58,291 bases of DNA from an uncultured bacterium (GTDB lineage Bacteria > Verrucomicrobiota > Kiritimatiellia > RFP12 > UBA1067), in assembly GCA_900547945.1 (NCBI GenBank), contig URIT01000005.1, positions 1 through 58,291 of the forward strand, written 5' to 3'. The notes beneath the pieces are model-generated. The model saw only the letters and a program-made list of their open reading frames with translations, was not told the DNA's origin and ran no database searches. The position numbers and the translations under genes are program-made. Of this stretch, positions 9,436 through 18,021 are shown piece after piece (position 1 is the stretch's first letter; the number at the start of each line of letters is the position of its first letter).

Positions 9436-10065
9436 TCATCGGATGCCGATCACCTTGTGCATCTGGATGGAAAGGGACCAGGGCGGCAGCAGGTGCGGAT
9501 CGAGCCGGTTCACCTTCCTGAGCAGCGTGAGGGCCCGCCGGTAGTGGATGCGCCCCTCCGACTCCAGCGGCGAGATGTAGTAGGCGTCGGCCTGGATGCG
9601 CGCGCGCATCGTGCGGCAGAACGCGGCGATCTCCTCCGTCGTCGCGACGATGCGCACCTCGTCCGCCCGGTGGAGCATCGTTTCGTCGAGATAGCGCGAA
9701 AGGTACTGCGGCTTCGGGGAGACGGCGATATAGTCGAAGAGGTCCGGGCGCGGTGGCGCCACGACGCCGTTCGTCTCCAGCGCGAGCCAGTAGCCCGCCC
9801 CCCGCAGTTCGAGGAGCAGGTCGTCGAGCCCCGGCTGGATCGTCGGCTCCCCGCCCGTCACGATCACGCTCCGGTTCCCCAGCTTCCCGAGCTCGCGCAG
9901 GATCTCGGACGCGGTGAGTTGCATCTTCTCGTCCTTGTGCGTGTCGCACCAGCTGCACGCGAGGTTGCAGGACGAGAAACGGACGAATGTCGCGGGACGC
10001 CCCACGTTGCGGCCCTCCCCCTGCAGCGAGGAGAAGATCGCGTGCAGCCGGTAGCGCCCGCTCAT
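9436..10065 (-). CDS. queE: 7-carboxy-7-deazaguanine synthase (radical SAM)
   Basis: ORF 9436..10305, with the start at MSGRYRLHAIFSSLQGEG (10065). The Cys cluster CNLACSWCDT matches the QueE-type CxxxCxxC variant. Confidence 0.85.
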   Translation of the reverse strand: MSGRYRLHAIFSSLQGEGRNVGRPATFVRFSSCNLACSWCDTHKDEKMQLTASEILRELGKLGNRSVIVTGGEPTIQPGLDDLLLELRGAGYWLALETNGVVAPPRPDLFDYIAVSPKPQYLSRYLDETMLHRADEVRIVATTEEIAAFCRTMRARIQADAYYISPLESEGRIHYRRALTLLRKVNRLDPHLLPPWSLSIQMHKVIGIR

Positions 10066-10475
10066 GCGCTGTACTCCGCGCAGGAATCCGGCGTCTCCCA
10101 CACCTTCACGCGGCACAGGCCCGGAATCCGGGCCTTCAGCTCGCCGTAGAAGTGGCGCGCGAGGTTTTCCGCCGTGGAGCGGAACGGAATCGCGACGGCG
10201 CGCATGCCGTTCTTCGCGACGACGGCGGCGATTTCGCTCTCGCCGGCGGACGAACTGTCGTAGATGAAGGCGTGGTCGAAGCGCGCAAGGATCACCTCCT
10301 CGCACACGCGCTTCAGGTCCTTGAAGTCGATCACCATGTCCGCCGTGTCCTCCGGCGCCTGCGAGACGCTCGCCTCCACGCGGTACGTGTGCCCGTGCAG
10401 GTTCTTGCAGAGTCCCTGGTGGTTCGTCAACACGTGCGCCGCGTCAAACTTGACGCTCTTCGTCACGGTCAGCAT
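10062..10475 (-). CDS. queD: 6-carboxy-5,6,7,8-tetrahydropterin synthase
   Basis: 137 aa: FDAAHVL...CKNLHGHTY...FDHAFI. 4-nt overlap with the queE start. Confidence 0.85.
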   Translation of the reverse strand: MLTVTKSVKFDAAHVLTNHQGLCKNLHGHTYRVEASVSQAPEDTADMVIDFKDLKRVCEEVILARFDHAFIYDSSSAGESEIAAVVAKNGMRAVAIPFRSTAENLARHFYGELKARIPGLCRVKVWETPDSCAEYSA

Positions 10476-11163
10476 GCTTCTGCTCCTCTCTCCATTCCTT
10501 GCCGCGCGAAACGCGGCGTACGATCCCCTCGCGCGGCTCGTCCTCCGGCGCGATCGCGAGCGGCGCGAGCGGACGTTCGTCCGCCACCGGACGCGACCGC
10601 CAGGCGGCTGCGTGGATGGGCAGTCCCTGCCCCCGGAACAGCGTCTCGAACTCGGTCCACTCGTCGGGGCCCCGCTCCAACGGCGCGACGCGCTCGAAAC
10701 GCGCGTCTCCGGCGAAGCACGCCTCCACCGCCTGGAAGTATTCCGCGTGGTCCGTCGCGAACTCCAGCCTTCCCCCGATCTCCAGGCGCTTCCAGAGCGC
10801 GTTCAGGAAGAGCGGACCGAACAGGCGGTGGGAATGGTGCTTCTTCTTCGGCCACGGGTCCGGAAAGAACACGTAGACGACGCGCGCATGGTGCTCCGGC
10901 AGCAGGTAGTGGAAGGTGTAGAGCGCCTCGAGACGCAGCACATGGGCGTTCGCGAGCCCGAGGCGGCGCGTCTTCCCGTCGAAGACGTGGACGCGCTCCA
11001 GCATCCGCTCCACGCCGAGGAACGTGCAGTCGGGGTGCCGCGCGGCGCGTCCCGTGAGGAAGCGCCCACGCCCGCAGCCCACCTCGACCTCCAGCGGACG
11101 CGAGAGGTCGTAGATCGCCGGGCACGCGAGCGGCCGGCAGGGATCCTTGACGCGGATGATCAT
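10444..11163 (-). CDS. trmB: tRNA (guanine46-N7)-methyltransferase
   Basis: ORF 10444..11586, with the start at MIIRVKD (11163). VEVGCGRGRFL SAM motif and FFPDPWPKKKHHSHRL TrmB signature. Confidence 0.8.
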   Translation of the reverse strand: MIIRVKDPCRPLACPAIYDLSRPLEVEVGCGRGRFLTGRAARHPDCTFLGVERMLERVHVFDGKTRRLGLANAHVLRLEALYTFHYLLPEHHARVVYVFFPDPWPKKKHHSHRLFGPLFLNALWKRLEIGGRLEFATDHAEYFQAVEACFAGDARFERVAPLERGPDEWTEFETLFRGQGLPIHAAAWRSRPVADERPLAPLAIAPEDEPREGIVRRVSRGKEWREEQKHADRDEERQV

Positions 11164-11567
11164 TCGGCAGCGTCCAGGATGGCGATGAACTTCTCGGGCG
11201 GCGGCATCGGGTGGAACGTCTCGGTGGAGACGAAGCAGTGGCGCGTGAAGCCCTCCACCAGCACTTCGGGCGAGCCCTTCACCCGCACCTCGCACGCGAT
11301 TTCGATGCGTACGCCCCGGTGCGCACGACACCAGGCCGTCACCTCCAGCAGGTCGTCGTAGCGGGCGGGACGGTGATAGTCCACCTCCGCATGCACGACG
11401 GGCAGCATCCACCCCTCGGCCTCGCACTGCCGGTAGGTGTAGCCGCACGCGCGCATCAGCTCGCTGCGCGCGCGCTCGAAGATCGTCAGATAGTTGCCGT
11501 AGTACACCACGCCCATCTGGTCGGTGTCCGCATACGGCACCCGGTAGTCCATCGTTACTTTCAACAT
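11160..11567 (-). CDS. 4HBT/YbgC-type acyl-CoA thioesterase
   Basis: ORF 11160..11627 starts at a GTG inside the octamer repeat. I prefer the ATG at 11567 (MLKVTMDYRVPYADTDQMGVVYYGNYL). 4-nt overlap with the trmB start. Confidence 0.8.
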   Translation of the reverse strand: MLKVTMDYRVPYADTDQMGVVYYGNYLTIFERARSELMRACGYTYRQCEAEGWMLPVVHAEVDYHRPARYDDLLEVTAWCRAHRGVRIEIACEVRVKGSPEVLVEGFTRHCFVSTETFHPMPPPEKFIAILDAAE

Positions 11568-11574
11568 GAGAGCA

Positions 11575-11583
11575 ATTATAGCA
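11575..11583 (-). promoter_or_regulatory. Extended -10 TGCTATAAT, 7 nt from the ATG (leaderless-type) of the thioesterase-trmB-queDE operon
   Basis: The minus strand reads ggatgTGCTATAATtgctctcATGttg. Confidence 0.6.
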
Positions 11584-11617
11584 CATCCCGGTCGCGCAGG
11601 AGCGCGCCCCTCCCGGA

Positions 11618-11681
11618 ACTTAACCACTTAACTACTTAACCACTTAACTACTTAACTACTTAACCACTTAACTACTTAACT
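11618..11681. repeat. Tandem octamer array (ACTTAACY) x8
   Basis: The plus strand reads ACTTAACC ACTTAACT ACTTAACC ACTTAACT ACTTAACT ACTTAACC ACTTAACT ACTTAACT. It is anchored on the GTG at 11625-27 and the TAA at 11668-70 of track ORFs. Confidence 0.9.
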
Positions 11682-13167
11682 TCCACGGCACCCGGTAGGC
11701 CTTTGTGAGCCAGGCGGCGGCGCCCGTGCCGTTCGCGAAGACGTTCCGCGCGGGATCCCAGTCGAAGCCCGCGTCGTGGACGTAGCTCAGGTTGCAGAGG
11801 TTGCAGAGGATCGACGCGCGCGCGCCGACCTCCGCCGGCGAGCAGGGCTGCCGGCGCGTCTGGACGCAGGACACGAAGTCCGACGGATGCCCGTTCGCCT
11901 TGTAGAGCTGCACCTTCGCCTTCTTGAGCCCGAACGCCTTCGTCGCCTTGTTCACCGCGTCGAGGAGACTGCGATCGTTCGCCGGGCGCGGCGGTTCGCC
12001 CGCGCGCGGGGCATGCCAGAAGGCGACGCGCGGCATCGCGTCGAAGGTCCCCTCGTTGAGCCGCGCCTGCAGGGCCGCGTCGGGCGCGACGCCCGCGCCG
12101 CGCCACACGGCGAGCCGCCCGCGGTTCACCGCCACGACGCCCTCCGTGCCGTAGAAGACCACCCCCCAGACGGAGCCGCCGTAGGGATTGTGGCGGATGA
12201 CGCAGCCGTCTGCGCAGACGAACGACATGCCGCGCTGGCGGCGTCCGCCGTCGAAGGGGTTGCGCGAGGGCGCGAGCGCCGACTTGACGACCTTGACGGG
12301 GCCGCTCCCGTCGAGCCCCAGGCCCCACTGGGCGATGTCGAGGTGGTGCGCCCCCCAGTCCCCGCACATGCCGAGGCCGAAGTAGTCGTCGAAGCGCCAG
12401 AACATCGGGAAGAAGTCGTGGACGCCGCGCGGCGCCAAGCGGTCCGAATATTTGACGCGCGGCGCGCCGCCGCACCACATGTCGAAGTCGACGTCCGGGT
12501 TCGGCGCCCCCTCCGCCGCCGCGTTCGCGGGGTTCTCGAAGTCGCGGTGGGGGCGGGACGGCCCGCCGTAGTTCACGTCCACGAGCGAGACGCGCCCGAT
12601 GCCGCCGTTGCGCACGACCATGCACGCCGTGCGGAACTCGATCCCCGAGCGCTGCATCGCGCCCGTCTGGAGGATGCGCCCGTACTTCGCGGCCGCCGCC
12701 ATCACGGCCTTCGCCTCCTCCACGGTGTGGGTGAGCGGCTTCTCGCAGTAGACGTCCTTCCCGGCCTTCATCGCCTCCACGGCCATGTAGGCGTGCCAGT
12801 GGTCCGGCGTCGCGATGCACACCATGTCGATGGAGGGGTCGGCGAGGACGGCGCGGAAGTCGGCCACCGCGCGGCACGCCGTCCCCGGCACGCCGAGCTG
12901 CGGGTTGGCCGCGTAGTAGTCGTTCACCACGCGCGCACGGTCCTCGCGGCGCACGCGGTCGCAGTCGCACACCGCCGTCACGACGAGGTTCGGCTGCCCC
13001 AGAAACGCATGCAGGAGGTTGCGCCCCTGCTTGCCCGCGCCGATGAGCGCGAGCGTCGCCTTGCCGACGGCGTTCCGTCCGTGCCCGATGAACGGGAACG
13101 CGGCGGCGGCGAAGAGGCCGCCCGTCACGAACGCGCGGCGGCTGACCGACCGATTCAACGTTTTCAT
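11668..13167 (-). CDS. Gfo/Idh/MocA-family oxidoreductase with twin-arginine signal
   Basis: ORF 11668..13317, with the start at MKTLNRSVSRRAFVTGGLFAAAAFPF (13167). Rossmann motif LALIGAGKQGRN. The last codons (KLSS) and the stop lie in the octamer array. Confidence 0.85.
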   Translation of the reverse strand: MKTLNRSVSRRAFVTGGLFAAAAFPFIGHGRNAVGKATLALIGAGKQGRNLLHAFLGQPNLVVTAVCDCDRVRREDRARVVNDYYAANPQLGVPGTACRAVADFRAVLADPSIDMVCIATPDHWHAYMAVEAMKAGKDVYCEKPLTHTVEEAKAVMAAAAKYGRILQTGAMQRSGIEFRTACMVVRNGGIGRVSLVDVNYGGPSRPHRDFENPANAAAEGAPNPDVDFDMWCGGAPRVKYSDRLAPRGVHDFFPMFWRFDDYFGLGMCGDWGAHHLDIAQWGLGLDGSGPVKVVKSALAPSRNPFDGGRRQRGMSFVCADGCVIRHNPYGGSVWGVVFYGTEGVVAVNRGRLAVWRGAGVAPDAALQARLNEGTFDAMPRVAFWHAPRAGEPPRPANDRSLLDAVNKATKAFGLKKAKVQLYKANGHPSDFVSCVQTRRQPCSPAEVGARASILCNLCNLSYVHDAGFDWDPARNVFANGTGAAAWLTKAYRVPWKLSS

Positions 13168-13173
13168 GCCGCT

Positions 13174-13182
13174 AGTATAGCA
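13174..13182 (-). promoter_or_regulatory. Extended -10 TGCTATACT, 6 nt from the ATG (leaderless-type)
   Basis: The minus strand reads gatgTGCTATACTagcggcATGaaa. Confidence 0.6.
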
Positions 13183-13335
13183 CATCACCGCTGTCCGTCG
13201 ACCTGCACGGCGTCGGGCGCCGTCAGATGGATGAAGTCCATCGCCGGAACCGTTCCGGCGCACAGCATCATGAGGGGGGAGCTGCATCCGTTTCATGGTC
13301 ATCTCCAGTTTCTGCATTCGTTTGGCATAAAGGGG

Positions 13336-13956
13336 TCACACGACGGCGGCGACGATCTCGGCCCATCCCGCGACGCGCGTCATGTTGGGGGCGAGGGGAT
13401 AGGCGCGGTTCCAGGGGCGGTCGTAGACGAAGATGCGCGTCGCGGGCCAGGCCGTCGCGAGGTGCCGCAGCACGGCGGGCGAGTCGTCGATGACGGCATC
13501 GTACCGGCGCGCCAGAAGCTCGGCGAGCGGAACGGTGGGCGGATCGTCCGGATGGCGGGCGTAGCGGGCGGCGCGCCCGTACTTGTCCACGTAACTGACG
13601 GGGATGCCCGCGAGGCCCGTCGCCGCGAGCCATGCCTCCGTCGCGCCGTGCGCCGCGGCGGGGCGCCCCGTCACGATCTCCACCACGTGCCCCGCCGCCC
13701 GCAACGCCCGCACGCCCTCCGGCGCACCCGGCGTGACCGCATGGGACCGGATCGAGTCCGGTTCGTGCGCGCGCAGCATGAAGCGCCGCATGTCGGCGTC
13801 GGAAAAGCCGAACACCTTCTGCAGGTCGAACTGGAACACGTCCGCATAGGCGACATGCCGCCCGAATTCGCATGCCGCCAGCTTGCACAGGTGGGCGGCC
13901 GTTTCGCACAGCACGTCGTCCACGTCCACGTAGATTCGCATCGTCTCTCCTCCCAT
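13336..13956 (-). CDS. HAD-superfamily 5'(3')-deoxyribonucleotidase-like phosphatase
   Basis: ORF 13336..14109. The motif I region is MRIYVDVDDVLCET. A start at 13956 (MGGETMRIY) sits 7 nt after a -10 box. The alternative ATG at 13941 has a GGGAGGAGAG SD. Confidence 0.65.
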   Translation of the reverse strand: MGGETMRIYVDVDDVLCETAAHLCKLAACEFGRHVAYADVFQFDLQKVFGFSDADMRRFMLRAHEPDSIRSHAVTPGAPEGVRALRAAGHVVEIVTGRPAAAHGATEAWLAATGLAGIPVSYVDKYGRAARYARHPDDPPTVPLAELLARRYDAVIDDSPAVLRHLATAWPATRIFVYDRPWNRAYPLAPNMTRVAGWAEIVAAVV

Positions 13957-13963
13957 GTGCCCC

Positions 13964-13972
13964 AGTATGCCA
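13964..13972 (-). promoter_or_regulatory. Extended -10 TGGCATACT
   Basis: The minus strand reads ggatgTGGCATACTggggcacATGggaggagagacgATG. Confidence 0.45.
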
Positions 13973-14014
13973 CATCCCCCGGTACGTCCACCGGAACGGG
14001 CAATGTCCATGTTG

Positions 14015-14542
14015 TCACGCGCAGGCGGCCGCGAAGATTTCGTGCGGTTCCGCCATGCGGCCCACGCCCCCGGTGCCACAGGCGAGGTCACCATCACCCG
14101 GCTGGACAATGCGCACGCCCCGTTCCCGCAGCACCATGAGGTTCGCCTGGGTCGCGGGATTCAGCCACATCCCCGTGTTCATCGCAGGCGCGACGAGGAT
14201 CGGCGCGCGCGTCGCAAGCGCGACCGAGCTCAGGAGGTCGTCCGCAAGCCCATGCGCCATCTTCGCAAGGATATTCGCCGTCGCGGGGGCGATCACCACA
14301 AGGTCCGCACTCTCCGCAAGTCCAATGTGCTCCGGCTTCCAGTCCAGCGGTTCCGTGAACATCTGGTTCTGCACGGGATTGCGGCTCAACGTGCGGAACG
14401 TGAGCGGCGTCACGAACTCCTTCGCGTGATCCGTCATGACGACGTGGACATCGTCACCGTGTTTCACCAGCAACCGCACCAGCTCGCACGCCTTATAGGC
14501 GGCAATCGACCCGGTGACCCCTATGACGACCTTTCTTGCCAT
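14015..14542 (-). CDS. coaC: Phosphopantothenoylcysteine decarboxylase-type flavoprotein (stand-alone CoaC domain)
   Basis: ORF 14015..14626, with the start at MARKVVIGVTGSIAAYKACELVR (14542). APAMNTGMW motif. Confidence 0.8.
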   Translation of the reverse strand: MARKVVIGVTGSIAAYKACELVRLLVKHGDDVHVVMTDHAKEFVTPLTFRTLSRNPVQNQMFTEPLDWKPEHIGLAESADLVVIAPATANILAKMAHGLADDLLSSVALATRAPILVAPAMNTGMWLNPATQANLMVLRERGVRIVQPGDGDLACGTGGVGRMAEPHEIFAAACA

Positions 14543-14549
14543 GCGGGAT

Positions 14550-14558
14550 AGTATAGCA
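14550..14558 (-). promoter_or_regulatory. Extended -10 TGCTATACT, 7 nt from the ATG (leaderless-type)
   Basis: The minus strand reads ttttTGCTATACTatcccgcATGgca. Confidence 0.6.
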
Positions 14559-14579
14559 AAAAAGAGACGAAATTCCCCC

Positions 14580-14608
14580 TTGTTCACACCGTCGTCTTTT
14601 GGTAAACT
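14580..14608 (+). promoter_or_regulatory. Promoter of tRNA-Val: TTGTTC-17-TGGTAAACT
   Basis: The plus strand reads cccTTGTTCacaccgtcgtctttTGGTAAACTactctcc, about 30 nt before the tRNA 5' end. It is divergent from the coaC promoter. Confidence 0.5.
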
Positions 14609-14637
14609 ACTCTCCGTTTTCCACACAGGAAAGCGTC

Positions 14638-14714
14638 GGGCGCCTAGCTCAGTTGGTTAGAGCACTACCTTCACACGGTAGGGGTCACTGGTCCGAGTCC
14701 AGTGGCGCCCACCA
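14638..14714 (+). tRNA. tRNA-Val (anticodon CAC)
   Basis: Acceptor GGGCGCC/GGCGCCC, D arm TAGCTCAGTTGGTTAGAGC, anticodon arm CTACC-TTCACAC-GGTAG, T arm CTGGT-CCGAGTC-CAGTG region, encoded CCA. Confidence 0.9.
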
Positions 14715-14804
14715 TCCGCTCAGCGGATGAATCTGAACTCCCACACGATGGAAGTTTCGTTTTACCTTCATTTCGGCGGGGTCTTGCCCGTTCTCCCGGT
14801 CTCT

Positions 14805-14813
14805 TGCTATAAT
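14805..14813 (+). promoter_or_regulatory. Extended -10 TGCTATAAT, 6 nt from the ATG (leaderless-type), with TTGCCC at -35
   Basis: The plus strand reads gtcTTGCCCgttctcccggtctctTGCTATAATggcggcATGaag. Confidence 0.6.
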
Positions 14814-14819
14814 GGCGGC

Positions 14820-17800
14820 ATGAAGACACAGCATGCAATGAACGCGCATCCCGGCATGGGGAGGCGAGGGGTTCTTTTCGTTTTCCGCTTCTTGGTTGTC
14901 TGTTCGGTCTGCACGTGTGTACACGGCGGCGAGCCGGAGGCGCGCGGGACGGGGCAGCGCCCTCTCCGGGTCCTGGCGATCGGCAACAGCTACACGCAGT
15001 CGCTGGTGCCGGAGTTCCCGCAGGTCGCCCGGGCGGCGGGATGTTCGCTCGACCTGGCGATTCTCGCGATCGGCGGCAACTCGCTCAGCAACCACTGGAT
15101 GCACTGTGCGGCGGCGCTTGCCGATCCCGCACGGCGCCCCTACTTCGCTGATGGCCGAAAGACGAATCTGCCGGAAATGCTCGCCGCGAAGACCTGGGAT
15201 GTCGTGACGCTCCAGGAACAGAGCGCAGACGGCATGGACCCGGAGAAGTTCGACCCCTGGGCCGACCGGCTCATTGCGTTCGTCCGCAGCCGCCAGCCGC
15301 AGGCGAGGATCTTCTTTCAGCAGACCTGGAGCGACACGGTGGCGTCGTGGCGCATCACCGACAACGGCGTGAAGGGGGCGCTCGGCCTGACGCAGGACGG
15401 GATGTTCGCCGCGCTGGAGAAGAACTACGCCTTCCAGGCGGCGCGCCTCGGCGCGCGGCTCATCCCGGTCGGCAAGGCCCTGCAGATCTACCGGCGGGGC
15501 CTTCCGGTTCGGTTCACGAAGCCGACGGCGGCGGAACTTGCTGCGCTGAAGGAGGGCGAGGTGCCGGACATGAAGGGCGAGCTTTCGGGGTGGTGGGAGT
15601 GGAGCCGGGGGCGGCCGTACGAGAAGGACTACGGCGTCTACCGCCTGCGCCAGGATTTCCACCACCTCAACCCGGAAGGCCGCTACCTGCAGGCGTGCGT
15701 CTGGACGGCCGCGCTGTTCGGGGTCGATCTCGCCAACCTCGGCTACGCGCCCGACCTCGGCGCCGACTTCGCCCGCCGCGCGCCCTTCATCCGCGCCTGT
15801 GCGATGAAGGCCGTGAAGGAGGTCGGCTTGGTTGAAGGGACGCCCTCTGGAGGGCGCACATTCAGAGTCGAGCGGAACATCCGCTATTCGGGGGCGTCCA
15901 CGAACTGCGTCCTGGATGTCAAATGGCCGGCGGGCGCATCGAACTGCGCCGTCGTCGTCAACCTGCACGGGGGCGGCCTGACGGGCGGCGCGAAACAGTT
16001 TGCGCCGTGGCCCGAGGAGGCGCAGGGACATGACGCCATCGTGTTCGTGGGCGCGGGGTACCGTCTGCTGCGGCCGGACAACGACGCGGTGAAGCCGGCG
16101 GACTGCCTGGCCGACGCGGCGGCGGCCGTCGCCTGGACCTTCGCGAACATCGCGCGCTACGGCGGCGACCCGAAAAAGGTGTTCCTGACAGGCATCTCGG
16201 CGGGCGGCTACCTGACGGCGATGGTGGGGATGGACGCGCGGTGGCTTGCGCCGCATGGGTTCAGGCCCGGCGACCTCGCGGGCATCGTGCCACTCACGGG
16301 ACAGATGACGAAGCACTTCAATGTCCGCAAGCTCGGCTTCAAGGACCCCGATCCGCAGTTCCAGCCCAAGATCGACGCCTGGGCCCCGCTCTTCTACGCC
16401 CATGCGAAGGGCCTGCCCCCGGCGTGCTTCTGCACGGGCGGACGCGACCTCGAATGGAGGGGGCGCGTGGAGGAGAACGAACTCCTCGCCCGCGCGCTCC
16501 GCGACTGCGGGTATCCGCGCACGGAGTTCCACGAGACGGAGGGCGACCACGGCGGCGGCGTGCTGGAGAGCGCCTACCATCTGCGCGACTTCGTGATGAA
16601 GACGGTCGAGGCGGACGGCGTGGCGCGCCTGGCGGACGGCGAGCGCGTCGTCTTCTTCGGCGATTCGATCACGCACGACGGGCGCTACGTCTACAACCTG
16701 CAGCTCTTCCAGAACCTGCGGCGCCCCGGCAGCGGCACGCGCCTCCTCAACGGCGGCATCAGCGGCGATTCGGCCGCAGGCGGCGTCGGGCGGTGGCGGG
16801 ACGACATCCTGCCGATGCGCCCGGACCGCGCCTTCGTGATGTTCGGCATGAACGACGTGGGGCGCGACCTCTACGCGACCGCCACGCCGACGGACGTCCA
16901 GGCGAAGGGCCGCGCCGCCGCGCGTGCGCGCTACGAGGCGAACCTGCGCGCGCTCGCGGCGCTCATGCCCACCTCGGGCGTGAAGACCGTCTTCGTCACG
17001 CCGTCCCCCTACAACCAGTATTCGCGCCAGCCGGAACGCGAGAACCTCGCCCAGTGCAACGAGCCGGGGCTTGCGGCCTGTGCGGACCGCGTGCGGGCAC
17101 TCGCGGCGGAGCGCCATTTCGGCGTCGTCGACCTCCACGCGCCGATGACGGCGATGTTCAAGGCCCATCCCGCGTTCGCGTTCTGCCGCGACCGCGTCCA
17201 CCCCGGCGCGGAGGGGCATCTCGTGATGGCGGCACTGCTGGCCGAGGCGATGCGCTACTCGCCGGTCGTGGCGCGCGCCGCCATCGACGCGGAGACGGGG
17301 CGCGCGCGGCCGCTCGGCGCGCGGGACGGCTCGCGCAACTGCACGCTCACGCGCGTCCAGGCTTCGCCGCGCCGCGTCGCGTTCACCTACGCCCCCAAGG
17401 CGCTGCCGTTCCCGAAGCTGCCCGAGTACGAGCGGGTGGACGGCGCGTTCTACCCGCTCACCGCGCGCCTCAACCAGGAGCCGTTCGTCGTGACGGGCCT
17501 GGCCGACGGACGCTACACGCTCGCCTTCGACGGCCGGCCGGTCGGCGTCTTCACGGCGGCCGCCCTCGCGCAGGGCGTCAACGTGGCGCTCCTCGACACG
17601 CCCAACCAGCGGCGCGCCCGCGAGGCCGCCCGACCGATGGCCGAGCTCCAGCGCGTGAACGCGCGCCTGCGCACCTTCGCGCTCGTGTGCGGCATGCTGC
17701 GCCGGAACAAGGTCGACCAGTCGGACCCGGCTGCGGCGGAGGCGTGGCTCGCGGACTGGCTGGCGCGGCATGCGGAGAGCCGCTACCTCGGCGCGTTCCA

Positions 17801-17933
17801 GAACTGGGCGAAGACCTACCGCGAGGTGGCGCCCGTCCAGGCGGCGCTGGAGGCGCAGGTGGAAGACCTCTACGAACGGATGGCCGCCGTGCGCCCGGCC
17901 GTCTCGCGCGTGACGGTCGAGATGGCGGATTAA
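14820..17933 (+). CDS. Secreted three-domain carbohydrate esterase (DUF4886/SGNH-like + alpha/beta-hydrolase + SGNH/GDSL)
   Basis: ORF 14727..17933, with the start at MKTQHAMN (14820). RVLAIGNSYTQS...DVVTLQEQS; then VVVNLHGGGLTGG...FLTGISAGGYL; then VVFFGDSITHDG...GGISGDS...FGMNDV...DRVHPGAEGH. Confidence 0.8.
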   Translation: MKTQHAMNAHPGMGRRGVLFVFRFLVVCSVCTCVHGGEPEARGTGQRPLRVLAIGNSYTQSLVPEFPQVARAAGCSLDLAILAIGGNSLSNHWMHCAAALADPARRPYFADGRKTNLPEMLAAKTWDVVTLQEQSADGMDPEKFDPWADRLIAFVRSRQPQARIFFQQTWSDTVASWRITDNGVKGALGLTQDGMFAALEKNYAFQAARLGARLIPVGKALQIYRRGLPVRFTKPTAAELAALKEGEVPDMKGELSGWWEWSRGRPYEKDYGVYRLRQDFHHLNPEGRYLQACVWTAALFGVDLANLGYAPDLGADFARRAPFIRACAMKAVKEVGLVEGTPSGGRTFRVERNIRYSGASTNCVLDVKWPAGASNCAVVVNLHGGGLTGGAKQFAPWPEEAQGHDAIVFVGAGYRLLRPDNDAVKPADCLADAAAAVAWTFANIARYGGDPKKVFLTGISAGGYLTAMVGMDARWLAPHGFRPGDLAGIVPLTGQMTKHFNVRKLGFKDPDPQFQPKIDAWAPLFYAHAKGLPPACFCTGGRDLEWRGRVEENELLARALRDCGYPRTEFHETEGDHGGGVLESAYHLRDFVMKTVEADGVARLADGERVVFFGDSITHDGRYVYNLQLFQNLRRPGSGTRLLNGGISGDSAAGGVGRWRDDILPMRPDRAFVMFGMNDVGRDLYATATPTDVQAKGRAAARARYEANLRALAALMPTSGVKTVFVTPSPYNQYSRQPERENLAQCNEPGLAACADRVRALAAERHFGVVDLHAPMTAMFKAHPAFAFCRDRVHPGAEGHLVMAALLAEAMRYSPVVARAAIDAETGRARPLGARDGSRNCTLTRVQASPRRVAFTYAPKALPFPKLPEYERVDGAFYPLTARLNQEPFVVTGLADGRYTLAFDGRPVGVFTAAALAQGVNVALLDTPNQRRAREAARPMAELQRVNARLRTFALVCGMLRRNKVDQSDPAAAEAWLADWLARHAESRYLGAFQNWAKTYREVAPVQAALEAQVEDLYERMAAVRPAVSRVTVEMAD

Positions 17934-18021
17934 GTCGGAGCCGGCCTTCGGCCTTTCATCAGAATCCTTTGCGACCTTTGCGTTGCCATGAAACGCACAT
18001 TCCAGACCCGTCGGCGACGCC

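Noticed and set aside
10444-11586. Long N-terminal extensions on several track ORFs (trmB 380 aa, queE 289 aa, nth 289 aa, LMW-PTP 236 aa, NeuD-like 270 aa, GDPD 357 aa and others), possibly extra domains.
   Set aside because: The extensions are Arg/Gly/Pro-rich, overlap the 3' ends of upstream genes out of frame, and precede internal starts that give family-typical N-termini. These internal starts often have 4-nt coupling or a -10/SD signal.
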